Positions 50,517 to 60,198 of a DNA stretch of 64,000 bases are shown in pieces. The notes under the pieces are model-generated. The model was not told where the DNA came from, did no database searches, and worked only from the letters and a program-made list of their open reading frames with translations. This DNA is from Escherichia phage ph0011. The stretch's first letter is position 1, and every line of letters begins with the position of its first letter. Where the stretch lies: the sequence record OP557969.1, one strand, 5' to 3'. The position numbers were made by a program, and so were the translations under genes.

Positions 50517-50867
50517 GTGTTAACTGTATATATTTTTAAGAAAGAAGAGTACTTAAAGAGTCAGTACTCTAAAATTGAGATTAACGTTCCCTATGGAACA
50601 TTGGTTGGTTATGACGAATCTAGCGAAACCTTGTTTTATAATGATGATAAACTTGACTATAGCATTGATTCATTTATTGAAGATATACTTGATAGTAATA
50701 CAGAAGATATGTTGTATGAAGAATACTTAGATGCGTACAGAGAACGTATGTCAAAGTTACATGCTGATGCTCCAGTACTAAACATTACGCAAAAACCTTC
50801 TGAATTTGAACCACATAATCCGTTTCAACGTTTAATTGATATTGGTTTAAAATTCACTATTAATTGA
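50517..50867 (+). CDS. Hypothetical acidic protein (116 aa), GTG start
   Basis: GTG at 50517 preceded by RBS AAGGAGG with 5-nt spacing. Confidence 0.45.
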   Translation: MLTVYIFKKEEYLKSQYSKIEINVPYGTLVGYDESSETLFYNDDKLDYSIDSFIEDILDSNTEDMLYEEYLDAYRERMSKLHADAPVLNITQKPSEFEPHNPFQRLIDIGLKFTIN

Positions 50868-50906
50868 TAGATAAATATCTCCATATTAATGATGGAGATT
50901 GAATCT

Positions 50907-51215
50907 ATGTCACAAATATGTTATGTTATCATAAATTCTGCGTGGCCTGATTATGTTAAGATTGGGTTCACATCAAAATCCGAAATGACTGAGCGTTTGA
51001 GAACATATCAGACAGCTACACCTTTCAGAGATTTTGAGGTATACCATGAGGTGTATTTTGATGATGCACGTTTGGCTGAAAAAGAAATTCATAAAAGACT
51101 AAAGCAAATGAATGCAATTAGACAACCGAACACTGAGTGGTTTAAAATGTCTAAAAAGATCGCCGCAAACATTATTGACTCCATAAGGGATGATATGGAT
51201 AATGATATGTTATAG
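50907..51215 (+). CDS. T5orf172 / GIY-YIG-like domain protein (~102 aa)
   Basis: CYVIINSAWPDYVKIGFTSKSEMTERLRTYQTATPFRDFEVYHEVYFDD...EKEIHKRL...TEWFKMS fits the T5orf172 pattern; ATG 50907 has RBS GGAGA; ORF-track ATG 50889 is an alternative. Confidence 0.65.
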   Translation: MSQICYVIINSAWPDYVKIGFTSKSEMTERLRTYQTATPFRDFEVYHEVYFDDARLAEKEIHKRLKQMNAIRQPNTEWFKMSKKIAANIIDSIRDDMDNDML

Positions 51216-51255
51216 GAATAAATATAGTATATATTAATCATAAAGGGATTTATAC

Positions 51256-52869
51256 ATGAGCATAAGTTTTAATAACCCACTGGATACAATGACCAGTACT
51301 GGTGCTAATGGTTCTTTGGAACTAATAGTGCTTGGTGGTACACCAACTAACCCAAGACCTATTCGTTTTAATTCATCATCAGTTATTATGCCAGTAAAAA
51401 CATTACCGACTGGTGAACAAGGTGCAATGGTTTTTGATAGAAACGAATTAGTGTTAAAGTATCATAATGGTACTAGTTGGATTGCAATATACGACAATGA
51501 TACTATTTTAGAACCAATTAGGGTTTCGTTGGATGAAGTAAACAGAAAATTAAACTTAAAGGTTGAAAGTGTAACATACAGTAGTAGTTCTGTTCCAAGT
51601 GCAAGTATCAGTGGAACAAACTTAAACATCGTATTCCCTACTGTTTCTAGTGGTGGTGGTTCAGGGCCAACTGGCCTTTATACTTCACTTAAACCTGGTG
51701 TTATCACACAGTACGCATTGACTTCTGGTCAAAACGTTGCTAGTATACGTGAACAAATGTCTGGACAAACCAATGGTCAAAATGGACGAAATGGTTCGCA
51801 AGCTGCTCCATGGAAAACATCAGATGGATGGTGCTTTGCTGATGGTATGTGGTGGCAATGGGAAGGTGAAAATGGCACAGTTACTAAACAAGTACCAAAT
51901 CTTAACAGAAACGCGTATTTAAAAGGGATATCCACATCAGGGGTAACCAAAACGGATAGTGTTATTGGGAGCAGTGGTAACATTAGCGGAACTGTTTTGA
52001 GTGTAGCACAATTGCCTTCACATTCATTTAGTTTTAGCGGAAGAACTGATGCTGCTGGTCGCCACAGCCATAGTCAAGCACTAAAAGGTATGGACCGAAG
52101 TGGTCTAAATGCGTTAACATCAAGTAATGATAACGGTATACCAACAGTAATTAGTAACATTAATGAAGCACCAGACCATGTTCACTCATTTAGTGGAAAC
52201 ACAAACACACTTGGTGGGAATCAGCCACATTATCATGGTATCAGTAATGTTGATGTTGAGCACTTTAACGTGGCATATTTATATAACATTGCAGAATCAA
52301 ACGTAGCACTGAGTGAAAAAGTAGCAAATACGCGTTATGTACTGAAATCAGGTGATACAATGACTGGTTCTTTAACTATTGCCAACAGTGCATCTATTAA
52401 GTCTAATGATACATCATTAGTTCTATATTTCCGTAACGCAAGCGGCGGTGAACGTGCGGCTGTTTACCATAATTCATCAAACAACACGTTGCGATTACGT
52501 TCCGGTGGTGCTGAAGTAGCAGTAAACTCTTCAGGTAACTTGTCTGCTCCTTCATTAACTGTTTCTAATAATTCAGCTACTGTTGGTGGTAAAAATATTG
52601 TTCGCACTATCAATGGTACAGCGGCTGATGGTAATGGTAATGTTTCATTGCAAATTAATTCGAATAACGTACAAAGTATTCGTTTGAGTGCAAGAATTGA
52701 AACAAGTAAAATTCCAGATTCTTCATGGACATACGCACCTGAAGGTGCACTCATGGATGGTGTATGGATTTCAGTGAACGGTAGTTCAGGAACTCATTTG
52801 GAACGTATTAGCTATCGTTATATTCAAATGCAGGTAAATGGCAATTGGGAAACGGTACGACAACAATAA
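51256..52869 (+). CDS. Tail fiber protein (537 aa), partner of downstream Tfa chaperone
   Basis: RBS AAAGGGA; G/S/T/N-rich; immediately followed by tail-fiber-assembly gene. Confidence 0.55.
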   Translation: MSISFNNPLDTMTSTGANGSLELIVLGGTPTNPRPIRFNSSSVIMPVKTLPTGEQGAMVFDRNELVLKYHNGTSWIAIYDNDTILEPIRVSLDEVNRKLNLKVESVTYSSSSVPSASISGTNLNIVFPTVSSGGGSGPTGLYTSLKPGVITQYALTSGQNVASIREQMSGQTNGQNGRNGSQAAPWKTSDGWCFADGMWWQWEGENGTVTKQVPNLNRNAYLKGISTSGVTKTDSVIGSSGNISGTVLSVAQLPSHSFSFSGRTDAAGRHSHSQALKGMDRSGLNALTSSNDNGIPTVISNINEAPDHVHSFSGNTNTLGGNQPHYHGISNVDVEHFNVAYLYNIAESNVALSEKVANTRYVLKSGDTMTGSLTIANSASIKSNDTSLVLYFRNASGGERAAVYHNSSNNTLRLRSGGAEVAVNSSGNLSAPSLTVSNNSATVGGKNIVRTINGTAADGNGNVSLQINSNNVQSIRLSARIETSKIPDSSWTYAPEGALMDGVWISVNGSSGTHLERISYRYIQMQVNGNWETVRQQ

Positions 52870-52881
52870 GGAAATGTGCAA

Positions 52882-53391
52882 ATGCAACTAACTAATTTTA
52901 AGATGTACGATAAAGAAGATGGAAATCCAAATTCTTTGTATATGATGTCCGATGAAGGCATGGATTGGTATGAATCTCGTGGTCTGTTTGACATTAACAA
53001 AGCCAAATTTATGTATGATGCCAATGGATTGATAGTTTCTGCATCATATGACATTTATGATCTAGTACCTTTGGGGTTTAGTGTTTCTGAAATTGAGTAC
53101 GATGGTGACGTTAACAAACTTTATGGTATGATTTATGATGGTAAAACTATCAAGGAGTATGTAGAAACCAAAGAAGAAAAGATTGAACGTCTTAAGATTG
53201 AATTGGAAAAATTAAAATACTCTGCAATTCAACAGCTTGGGCATTTGAAAACAGCTATGGATCTTGAGTTAGCATCAGATGAAGAAGCTGTATTGTTTGC
53301 AAAATTAAAAGAGTATGTAACACAATTGTCGTCAATTAAACCAGTAGATATGGTCAAAAAAACATTTTCATTTCCAGTCAAACCTGAATAA
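52882..53391 (+). CDS. tfa: Tail fiber assembly chaperone, Tfa family (169 aa)
   Basis: SDEGMDWYESRG...AKFMYDANGLIVSASYDIYDLVPLGFSVSEIEYD and C-terminal LELASDEEAVLFAKLKEY resemble lambda/E. coli Tfa; ORF-track start is GTG 52876; ATG 52882 has RBS AAGGAAA. Confidence 0.7.
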   Translation: MQLTNFKMYDKEDGNPNSLYMMSDEGMDWYESRGLFDINKAKFMYDANGLIVSASYDIYDLVPLGFSVSEIEYDGDVNKLYGMIYDGKTIKEYVETKEEKIERLKIELEKLKYSAIQQLGHLKTAMDLELASDEEAVLFAKLKEYVTQLSSIKPVDMVKKTFSFPVKPE

Positions 53392-53432
53392 AAATTGAGA
53401 CAGCACTGAAATGTATGATACAATTTAGTCAT

Positions 53433-53464
53433 CTCACCAGCGGTGGTGAGGTGACATTTTTTTT
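53433..53464 (+). terminator. Hairpin plus T8 run after Tfa gene
   Basis: Stem CTCACC/GGTGAG with loop AGCGGT, then GTGACA and TTTTTTTT; the ORF-track start 53415 lies inside it and is rejected. Confidence 0.5.
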
Positions 53465-53489
53465 CAAAACAAACATGGAGAAATACAAA

Positions 53490-53792
53490 ATGGCTAAATC
53501 CAAAAAAGAAGTTAAAGTTGAAATTCGTGATCTAAACGATGAACAGCGTAAACGTCTCGGTGATGCACTTAACAACATCGTAGTCCAACTAACTTTTATC
53601 GATGATACTAAAGCATCTTTATCTGATTTTGTTTCTAGTGTTTCAGACGAACTTGGTATTGATGCATCCGATATCAAACAAGCGGCACAACGTATGTACA
53701 AAGGTGATTACTTTGACAAACAAAGTAAACTAGATAATATTGAAACTATTCTAAGTGTTACCAACAATCTTCCACAAGCAGACGATTACTAA
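53490..53792 (+). CDS. Hypothetical protein (100 aa)
   Basis: ATG 53490 (MAKSKKEVKVEIRDL) with RBS GGAG 9 nt upstream. Confidence 0.45.
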   Translation: MAKSKKEVKVEIRDLNDEQRKRLGDALNNIVVQLTFIDDTKASLSDFVSSVSDELGIDASDIKQAAQRMYKGDYFDKQSKLDNIETILSVTNNLPQADDY

Positions 53793-53815
53793 TTTGTAAT
53801 AAAATATATTAAATT

Positions 53816-53842
53816 GCCTCCATGGACGGAGGCATTATTTTT
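53816..53842 (+). terminator. Intrinsic terminator upstream of DNA polymerase gene
   Basis: Stem GCCTCC/GGAGGC, loop ATGGAC, followed by ATTATTTTT. Confidence 0.65.
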
Positions 53843-53871
53843 AACTTAATAAACGTAAGGGAATACTAACG

Positions 53872-56800
53872 ATGTATATCGATGCTTATATGGAACGTAA
53901 ACGTACTGGTGATATTCTTCATGTTGTTGAACGTAAAAATGGTAAACGTATTCTACGTGAATTAGATCCAGTATATGAATATTACGTTGAATCTCCCCAA
54001 GGTACACACAAAACTGTGTATGGTACAATGGCTAAACATTTTGAGTTTCAAACACAAGCTCAAATGAATAAAAGTGTAGAGCAGCACAAAAGTGAAGGTC
54101 TACGTATTTTTGAAAGTGATTGTAACATTACATTTAAAACACTAGCAAAAGAATATATGGGGAAAGGCTCACCGGACTTGAATATTGTTTTCTTCGATAT
54201 CGAGACTGATTTCCATAAGAAATTTGGCTATGCCCCGCCATCAGACCCATTCAACCGTGTAACAGCCATTTCCCTATATCAATCATGGACCGGAAAAGAT
54301 TATGTACTTACTTTACCACCTGATGATATGGAAATTTATGAAGCACAGGACATTGTTCGCAAACTAAATGAAGAAACAAACGATCCTAACAGTACTGTAA
54401 TTCTATATACAGACGAAAAGGAAATGTTTATGGAATTCTTTAGTTTAATTGATGATTCTGATATTATTTCAGGATGGAATAGTGAATTCTTTGATATTCC
54501 ATATATGATCAATAGAACTAAAAAAATCTTCAATGAAGCAACAACTGCACGTTGGTGTTTGTGGAATAAAAAACCAACTTCGCGTGAAGCCGATAACTTT
54601 GGAAAAATAGTTCAAACTTATGATCTGATTGGTCGTGTTCATCTTGACTACTTGGCATTGTATAAAAAACATGCTGGTCAGGTTGAACAATCTTATAAAC
54701 TGGATTATATTGCAGAAAAAGTAACTAAAGAAAATAAAGTATCATATGAAGGTTCACTAGATAAACTTTACAGAGAAGATTATATTACTTTCTTACGATA
54801 TTCCAAACAAGATAGCATTCTACTTAAAAAGATTGATGCAAAGTGTGACTACATCAACCTGCACAATCGCCTGGCACATAAAGAATGCGTTCTTATTAGT
54901 ACAACAATGGGTTCTGTTGCACTTATTGACACAGCTATTATTAACTTAGCACATGCACGTGGTGAAGTTGTTTTTAACAAAGCACCCAAAGATGATGTTG
55001 AGTTTGATCCTGAAATGGAATATTATGGTGAAGATGGAATTGATGGAGAAGAGAAAATCAGTGCAAAAGCAGCAGGGGCATGGGTACAAGATCCAGTACT
55101 AGGACTTGTGAGTGACCTTGGGTGTACTGACTTTAACTCACTTTATCCTACTGTCCTACGTACTTTAGGTATGAGTACTGAATGTATTCTTGGACAACTA
55201 CGACAAGATTACACAGATGCGTATCTTGCAGATAAAATCCAGGAACAGAAGAGCAAATCTAAATCAAAATCATTTGAACCTGATTGGACTGCTGCATGGC
55301 ATGGTTTGTTTGCCGCAGTAGAGTTTACAATGGTCCATGAAAAGTCAGAAGAAACATTGATTGTGGACTTAGAAGATGGTAGTTCCTTCAAAGCAACTGG
55401 TAAGGAACTATATGATATTATTTTTGCAGAAGATAGCACGATTGTTCTTAGTGCAAACGGAACATTGTTTGATAAATCTAAATCAGGTGTAATTCCAGAT
55501 ATTCTTACACAATGGTATTCTGAACGTAAAGCCCAGCAAAAAATGGTTATTGATTACAAACATATGTGTACGGATGGCTGGGAGTTTAATGGTCATGAAA
55601 AAGTTGAACCATTGCTATCCAACTATACACATGGAACTATGTTTAGAACCAATATCCATGATAACGATCCAGTATACTTACTTCGTAAAGAAATTGGTAA
55701 AGGACAATGGGATGAAGTTGCTAAGTTGATTGTTGAAAACGGCTTAATCCTAAAAGAAGGTCGCATTTTTTGTCCAAACGAAGAAAAAGAGTACTTTAAA
55801 CAGCGTAGTGCTTTCTGGAAACAGAACCAACAGATTCGTAAAATTCTTCTAAACAGTCTATATGGTGCACTATTGAACAAAGGTTCTCGTTTCTTTGATA
55901 AACGTTTAGGTCAATCTGTTACATTAACTGGTCGTTCAATGACTAAGCACATGGCAAGTCGTATCAATGAAATCACAACTGGTGAATATATCCACCACGG
56001 TGGTTCTGTAATTTACGGTGATACTGACTCCGTTTACTTTAGTGTGACACATTATCTGAAAGAACAAGGCATCCCATATAATTTATCAAAAGAAGAAATT
56101 GTTGATATGTATATTAAAATTGGTGAAGAAGTTGGTGAATCTTTCCCAACATTTATGCATGAAATGTTCAACACTGGTATTGAAAAAGGTAAGATTGTCG
56201 GTGCAGACCTTGAGATGGTTGGTTCCCGTGGATTATTCTTGAAGAAAAAACGTTATGCAATCTTGAAGTACTGGGAAGATGGCTTCCGTAAAGATATTGA
56301 TGGTAAACCCGGTGAAATCAAAGCAATGGGTCTTGAGATTAAACGTTCAGATACACCAAAATACATCCAGAACTTCCTAGAAGAGACACTAATTGCACTA
56401 CTGGTAGGTGAGAGTGAACAGCAATTAAAACAGCGTGTACGTGCTTTTAAAGATGTATTTAAGGACATGCCAGTATACGAAAAAGGATCACCAAAAACCG
56501 TAAAAAATTACACTAATTTAGAGGCAGAATATCAACTAACTGGTAAGTGTAAGGTTGGTCATGTTCTTGCTGGTATTCAATGGAATCGTCTTCGTGAAAT
56601 TTATGATGATAAAACAGTACCAGAAGTAACTGATGGAACAAAAGTGATTGTCTGTAACTTAAAAGATAACCCTATGGGAATTAAAGCTGTTGGTTATCCA
56701 ATTGACTGTGTTGAGTATCTTCCAGAATGGTTCTTGGAATTACCATTTGATACTGAAAAAATGGAAGAGATTGTCCTGACTAAAAAATTAGAGAATATTT

Positions 56801-56877
56801 TTGGTATTTTAGATATGGATATTGGTATTCATGAAAAAAGTACTGCATCAGTAAACAATGGATTCTTCACTTGGTAA
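53872..56877 (+). CDS. gp43: Family B DNA polymerase with 3'-5' exonuclease domain (T4 gp43-like, 1,001 aa)
   Basis: Exo I FFDIETD; motif A DFNSLYPTV; motif B KILLNSLYG; motif C YGDTDSVYF; RBS AAGGGA. Confidence 0.95.
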   Translation: MYIDAYMERKRTGDILHVVERKNGKRILRELDPVYEYYVESPQGTHKTVYGTMAKHFEFQTQAQMNKSVEQHKSEGLRIFESDCNITFKTLAKEYMGKGSPDLNIVFFDIETDFHKKFGYAPPSDPFNRVTAISLYQSWTGKDYVLTLPPDDMEIYEAQDIVRKLNEETNDPNSTVILYTDEKEMFMEFFSLIDDSDIISGWNSEFFDIPYMINRTKKIFNEATTARWCLWNKKPTSREADNFGKIVQTYDLIGRVHLDYLALYKKHAGQVEQSYKLDYIAEKVTKENKVSYEGSLDKLYREDYITFLRYSKQDSILLKKIDAKCDYINLHNRLAHKECVLISTTMGSVALIDTAIINLAHARGEVVFNKAPKDDVEFDPEMEYYGEDGIDGEEKISAKAAGAWVQDPVLGLVSDLGCTDFNSLYPTVLRTLGMSTECILGQLRQDYTDAYLADKIQEQKSKSKSKSFEPDWTAAWHGLFAAVEFTMVHEKSEETLIVDLEDGSSFKATGKELYDIIFAEDSTIVLSANGTLFDKSKSGVIPDILTQWYSERKAQQKMVIDYKHMCTDGWEFNGHEKVEPLLSNYTHGTMFRTNIHDNDPVYLLRKEIGKGQWDEVAKLIVENGLILKEGRIFCPNEEKEYFKQRSAFWKQNQQIRKILLNSLYGALLNKGSRFFDKRLGQSVTLTGRSMTKHMASRINEITTGEYIHHGGSVIYGDTDSVYFSVTHYLKEQGIPYNLSKEEIVDMYIKIGEEVGESFPTFMHEMFNTGIEKGKIVGADLEMVGSRGLFLKKKRYAILKYWEDGFRKDIDGKPGEIKAMGLEIKRSDTPKYIQNFLEETLIALLVGESEQQLKQRVRAFKDVFKDMPVYEKGSPKTVKNYTNLEAEYQLTGKCKVGHVLAGIQWNRLREIYDDKTVPEVTDGTKVIVCNLKDNPMGIKAVGYPIDCVEYLPEWFLELPFDTEKMEEIVLTKKLENIFGILDMDIGIHEKSTASVNNGFFTW

Positions 56878-56888
56878 GGAGTAATATT

Positions 56889-57038
56889 ATGGTTATTGTA
56901 AATGAAATTGAGCTAAACTATGACGAAGTAAATGATACTTTCACTAATGCAATGTTGAATATTACTGAAGAAAGTGTAAATGAGGCATGGGAAAAATATG
57001 TAGAATGGACTTCATTACAAGGTAAAAATGATGAGTAA
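56889..57038 (+). CDS. Small acidic protein (49 aa), not in ORF track
   Basis: ATG 56889 preceded by AAGGAG with 7-nt spacing; ends TAA 57036-57038, overlapping the next gene start by 11 nt. Confidence 0.4.
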   Translation: MVIVNEIELNYDEVNDTFTNAMLNITEESVNEAWEKYVEWTSLQGKNDE

Positions 57039-57327
57039 TATATATAAGCGTATTGGTGAAGTACTAGAAGGCAATGGTATCATCAATTCTGTACTAGCAT
57101 ACGATAATGATGAAGAAGTAGTTCTAATTGGTGCGGGTTTTACCCGTACTGGTTCTGTTGAAGTTGATGGCGAGATTGTTGATGTTTATACTCTTGTGAA
57201 AAAGCGTAAAGTTGTTTTTGTAGACGATGTGCATACATTAAAAGACTTAGAAAAATTACGCAATAAAATTGGCATGAGTTCTACAATTGATAAGCCTTAT
57301 CTTAAACGTTGGAACACAAAATTCTGA
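57028..57327 (+). CDS. Hypothetical protein (99 aa)
   Basis: ATG 57028 in overlap with the preceding small ORF; no recognisable motif. Confidence 0.45.
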   Translation: MMSNIYKRIGEVLEGNGIINSVLAYDNDEEVVLIGAGFTRTGSVEVDGEIVDVYTLVKKRKVVFVDDVHTLKDLEKLRNKIGMSSTIDKPYLKRWNTKF

Positions 57328-57333
57328 TAAAAA

Positions 57334-57370
57334 TGAGACAAGCACCATTTTTGAGATATAATGGTGCTTG
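57334..57370 (+). promoter_or_regulatory. Sigma70-like promoter (TGAGAC-N17-TATAAT) inside an 8-bp inverted repeat
   Basis: Inverted repeat CAAGCACC (57339-57346) / GGTGCTTG (57363-57370) brackets the -10 TATAAT (57357-57362); upstream of clamp-like gene. Confidence 0.4.
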
Positions 57371-57425
57371 TAGTAATCTGACATAAACACATTTTTGATT
57401 AACAAATAAAACGGAGAATTATATA

Positions 57426-58157
57426 ATGGATCTACGCAACGTACTACGTGACCTAGTTAACACCACCAGCAGCATCGATTTTTCTTGTATCGCAGTGAGT
57501 AGTGAAGACCGTGGTGAAGGACAACGTGTATATATGGAAGCGTATACAGATGACCGAACTCTTGTTATGCGTGCATATACAAAAGAAGATGTTCCTGAAG
57601 TTCAGGGTCGTTTTGGTCTAGGAAACCTAGGTCTTCTTCAGGGTCTAATGTCCCTTAAAACGTACAGTACTGAAGGAACTACCATTACATCTAATGTTAA
57701 AGATGGTTCAGTTAAAAGTTTAGGATTTAAATCAGAAGATGCAAGTACTACATTTATGGTACAAGCAGAAAAACTTATTCCAGTTCAACCACGTTTCCAT
57801 GAACAACCATATGACGTACAGGTTATTCCTAGTGCTGCTAAAGTTCAAGAACTAAAAAGTTTTTCTGGTGTATTCAAATCATTTAGTTCTCTCGTAACAC
57901 CATACACTGAAGGAGACACTCTATACTTTCATGTTGGTGAGAAAAACAAAAGCAATCACGTTGGGTCATTAGCTTTTTCTAAAACTGAAGGTGAATTGGG
58001 TCTTGGATTTGGATACAATATTGATCGTGTACTTCAAGCACTGTCCCGTGTATCTAATGCTGAATCTGTATCACTCGGAATTACCAAAACTGGTATGCTA
58101 AATGTAACGCTTGATACTGGTATTGCAGTATACAAATTTTACGTAACAGGTTGCTAA
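57426..58157 (+). CDS. Sliding clamp-like protein (T4 gp45-like, 243 aa)
   Basis: GRFGLGNLGLLQGLMSLK and S.DASTTF...L.PVQP segments align with T4 gp45 (VAIYDLNGFLGILSLV, STIFWPAADPSTVVAP) from memory; near the polymerase; RBS GGAGA. Confidence 0.5.
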   Translation: MDLRNVLRDLVNTTSSIDFSCIAVSSEDRGEGQRVYMEAYTDDRTLVMRAYTKEDVPEVQGRFGLGNLGLLQGLMSLKTYSTEGTTITSNVKDGSVKSLGFKSEDASTTFMVQAEKLIPVQPRFHEQPYDVQVIPSAAKVQELKSFSGVFKSFSSLVTPYTEGDTLYFHVGEKNKSNHVGSLAFSKTEGELGLGFGYNIDRVLQALSRVSNAESVSLGITKTGMLNVTLDTGIAVYKFYVTGC

Positions 58158-58224
58158 TATATATAACGGGGAATGTAATATTCCCCACTACTTAGTTTTA
58201 TTTAAAAGTAAAGGAATACAAAAA

Positions 58225-58431
58225 ATGCCATTATATACATATCGTTGTGAAAAAGAAGAATGCAAGCATAGCATTGAAAAAATTGTTAAAATTGCAAATC
58301 GTGATGAACCTCATGATTGTCCTAAATGTAATGGTGAAAAAACTATGAAGTTGGAAGTGTTCACTCCAGGTGATAAAGGTGCTAATCTTTATTTTCGTGG
58401 AAAATGGTTTGCAAATACTGGGGGCTACTAA
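58225..58431 (+). CDS. FmdB-type zinc-ribbon protein (68 aa)
   Basis: MPLYTYRCEKEEC...DCPKCNG: two CxxC pairs with the characteristic YxYxC start; RBS AAGGAA. Confidence 0.65.
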   Translation: MPLYTYRCEKEECKHSIEKIVKIANRDEPHDCPKCNGEKTMKLEVFTPGDKGANLYFRGKWFANTGGY

Positions 58432-58432
58432 T

Positions 58433-58732
58433 ATGAAAATTAAAATGATTAATGATTATGTACTTGTTCGCCAAATTGAAGCACAGAATAAAAGTTCTGG
58501 TGGTATTATTCTTGGTAATGTTGAACCACCTTGCATTGGTATGGTAATTTCAGTTGGGCCTGGTAAAATCTTACCTAATGGACAATTAGCAGAGCACAAT
58601 ATTAAAGAAGGTGATATGGTTGTATTTGGACGCTCTTCATTGAACACCCCACTCACTGAAGATCTTGGTGGTGGTGAAGATACATATTATGTAATGAAAA
58701 TTGAAGAGATTTTTGGTAAGAAAAATGGCTAA
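58433..58732 (+). CDS. GroES-like co-chaperonin (cpn10; functional analog of T4 gp31, 99 aa)
   Basis: MKIKMINDYVLVRQIEAQNKSSGGIILG...GMVISVGPGKILPNG...GDMVVFG follows the GroES pattern; ORF-track upstream start rejected, ATG 58433 used. Confidence 0.7.
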   Translation: MKIKMINDYVLVRQIEAQNKSSGGIILGNVEPPCIGMVISVGPGKILPNGQLAEHNIKEGDMVVFGRSSLNTPLTEDLGGGEDTYYVMKIEEIFGKKNG

Positions 58733-59450
58733 AAAGAAATTCATACCATTTTGGCTTGTCCCTGCACATTGGGGACTTTCTGGAAAAGCAAAAGAGATTG
58801 CCAAAGCATACTACTACAATGATGATTATGAAGCTGATATGAAAGTTGCAGAATTGACATATTTAACTCCATATGAAGTAGAAGTAGCACATTTAGATAT
58901 TAAAAAGAAATATAATGTAATTGGAGAACTTGAATATCTAATCGCAGTACTTGATGTGGACCTTAAATATTCTAAAATTACACGTGAACAGTATGACGTT
59001 AAAGTTCTTGATGCAAAATTAAGTACTGGAACTATTACTGAAAAAGAATATGACATGGAAATTATCGAGTTAATGCCAGACGGTGATGAAAAAAGGCTGA
59101 AGGCAATTGAATATGCATATCGATATGATGAAATCACACAAAGTGAATATTCTAAGGAAATATACACACTTCGTAAAGAGCCGTGGATTGATTTAGACGT
59201 GGTTCTTGACCCTGATACGAATGAAGTTGAGTTTGTGTTTGATTATAATGAGTATTTCTGGAAAAAGTTGAAGGCTGAAGGCCATCCAGGTAATGACGAA
59301 GAAGAGATTATTGATAATTTTGTTAGAGACTTAGGTCGTAAACTTGCCACGGATGATTTCAGTGATGATTATGACACAAAGTTGGTGAGTGCGAACGAAG
59401 GATTAGACAAGCTACCTGGTTTGCCTGAAGGTTTTCGTTCATATAGATGA
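58725..59450 (+). CDS. Hypothetical acidic protein with internal KEYD/EY repeats (241 aa)
   Basis: ORF-track start 58701 is TTG; ATG 58725 (MAKKKFIPFW) overlaps the GroES-like stop; followed by a strong terminator. Confidence 0.45.
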   Translation: MAKKKFIPFWLVPAHWGLSGKAKEIAKAYYYNDDYEADMKVAELTYLTPYEVEVAHLDIKKKYNVIGELEYLIAVLDVDLKYSKITREQYDVKVLDAKLSTGTITEKEYDMEIIELMPDGDEKRLKAIEYAYRYDEITQSEYSKEIYTLRKEPWIDLDVVLDPDTNEVEFVFDYNEYFWKKLKAEGHPGNDEEEIIDNFVRDLGRKLATDDFSDDYDTKLVSANEGLDKLPGLPEGFRSYR

Positions 59451-59455
59451 AATAT

Positions 59456-59487
59456 AAAAAGGAGAGCATATGCTCTCCTTTTCTTTT
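59456..59487. terminator. Bidirectional intrinsic terminator (near-perfect palindrome)
   Basis: GGAGAGCATATGCTCTCC flanked by an A-run and TTTTCTTTT; between convergent genes. Confidence 0.85.
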
Positions 59488-59493
59488 GATATA

Positions 59494-60183
59494 TTAAACC
59501 AATGCTGGGAGGTATTTGAATAGTTTAATACCGAAATCACCTGCTGCATCAGCGGCCTGTGAACGAAGATACACTTCAGTGACACCATCTTTTGCCAATA
59601 GCGGAACACCAGTTAGGTCATCGATTAGTAGGCGACCTTCTTCATATTCAGTACTTGGAACACCTTGTGGTGATTTGAGATCTTTATTAAAGACACTAGC
59701 ACGTTCAACAAGGAATGTGATAACAGAAGCATCATCAATGCTAACGCTACCAGCACTCATAACACCATCAGGTGCGTTGGAGAAACCAGTAACCGGAAAC
59801 GCTTCAGCACCACTTCCTGCAATGTTGGATGTGGCAATAACAACTGCACGCTGTTGCACAACGTCTACGATGCGTTTGACGTTGGTTTGTGCTGCATAGG
59901 ATGCATTGTAATCTGATTCTAGTGATTCTAGAACGAAAGCAGAACCATCAACACGCTTGATACCTTTATCATTTAGGTATGCTAGAATTTCTTCTGGGAT
60001 ATCAGTGTTTAGAAAACGTTGTAAACCTACATAAGAGGAAACTGCTCCTGTTACAAGAACGTTCACGTCACCAAGTTTACTAATAGCAATAGATGCTAGG
60101 GCGTTAGTACCACAAAAGTAACCTAGAATACGCTCAAATGAATACCCATTGATACGTTCAAAAGAAGTATTAGTATTTGACAT
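59494..60183 (-). CDS. Hypothetical protein, paralog A of a tandem pair (229 aa), probable late/structural gene
   Basis: Shares VVQQRAVVIATS...VFNKDLK blocks with the adjacent gene; RBS GAGAGG. Confidence 0.5.
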   Translation of the reverse strand: MSNTNTSFERINGYSFERILGYFCGTNALASIAISKLGDVNVLVTGAVSSYVGLQRFLNTDIPEEILAYLNDKGIKRVDGSAFVLESLESDYNASYAAQTNVKRIVDVVQQRAVVIATSNIAGSGAEAFPVTGFSNAPDGVMSAGSVSIDDASVITFLVERASVFNKDLKSPQGVPSTEYEEGRLLIDDLTGVPLLAKDGVTEVYLRSQAADAAGDFGIKLFKYLPALV

Positions 60184-60198
60184 AATATTACCTCTCTA

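Noticed and set aside
53415-53489. ORF-track start at 53415 for gene 53490-53792
   Set aside because: The first 25 codons span a terminator hairpin and T8 run; the ATG at 53490 has a proper RBS.
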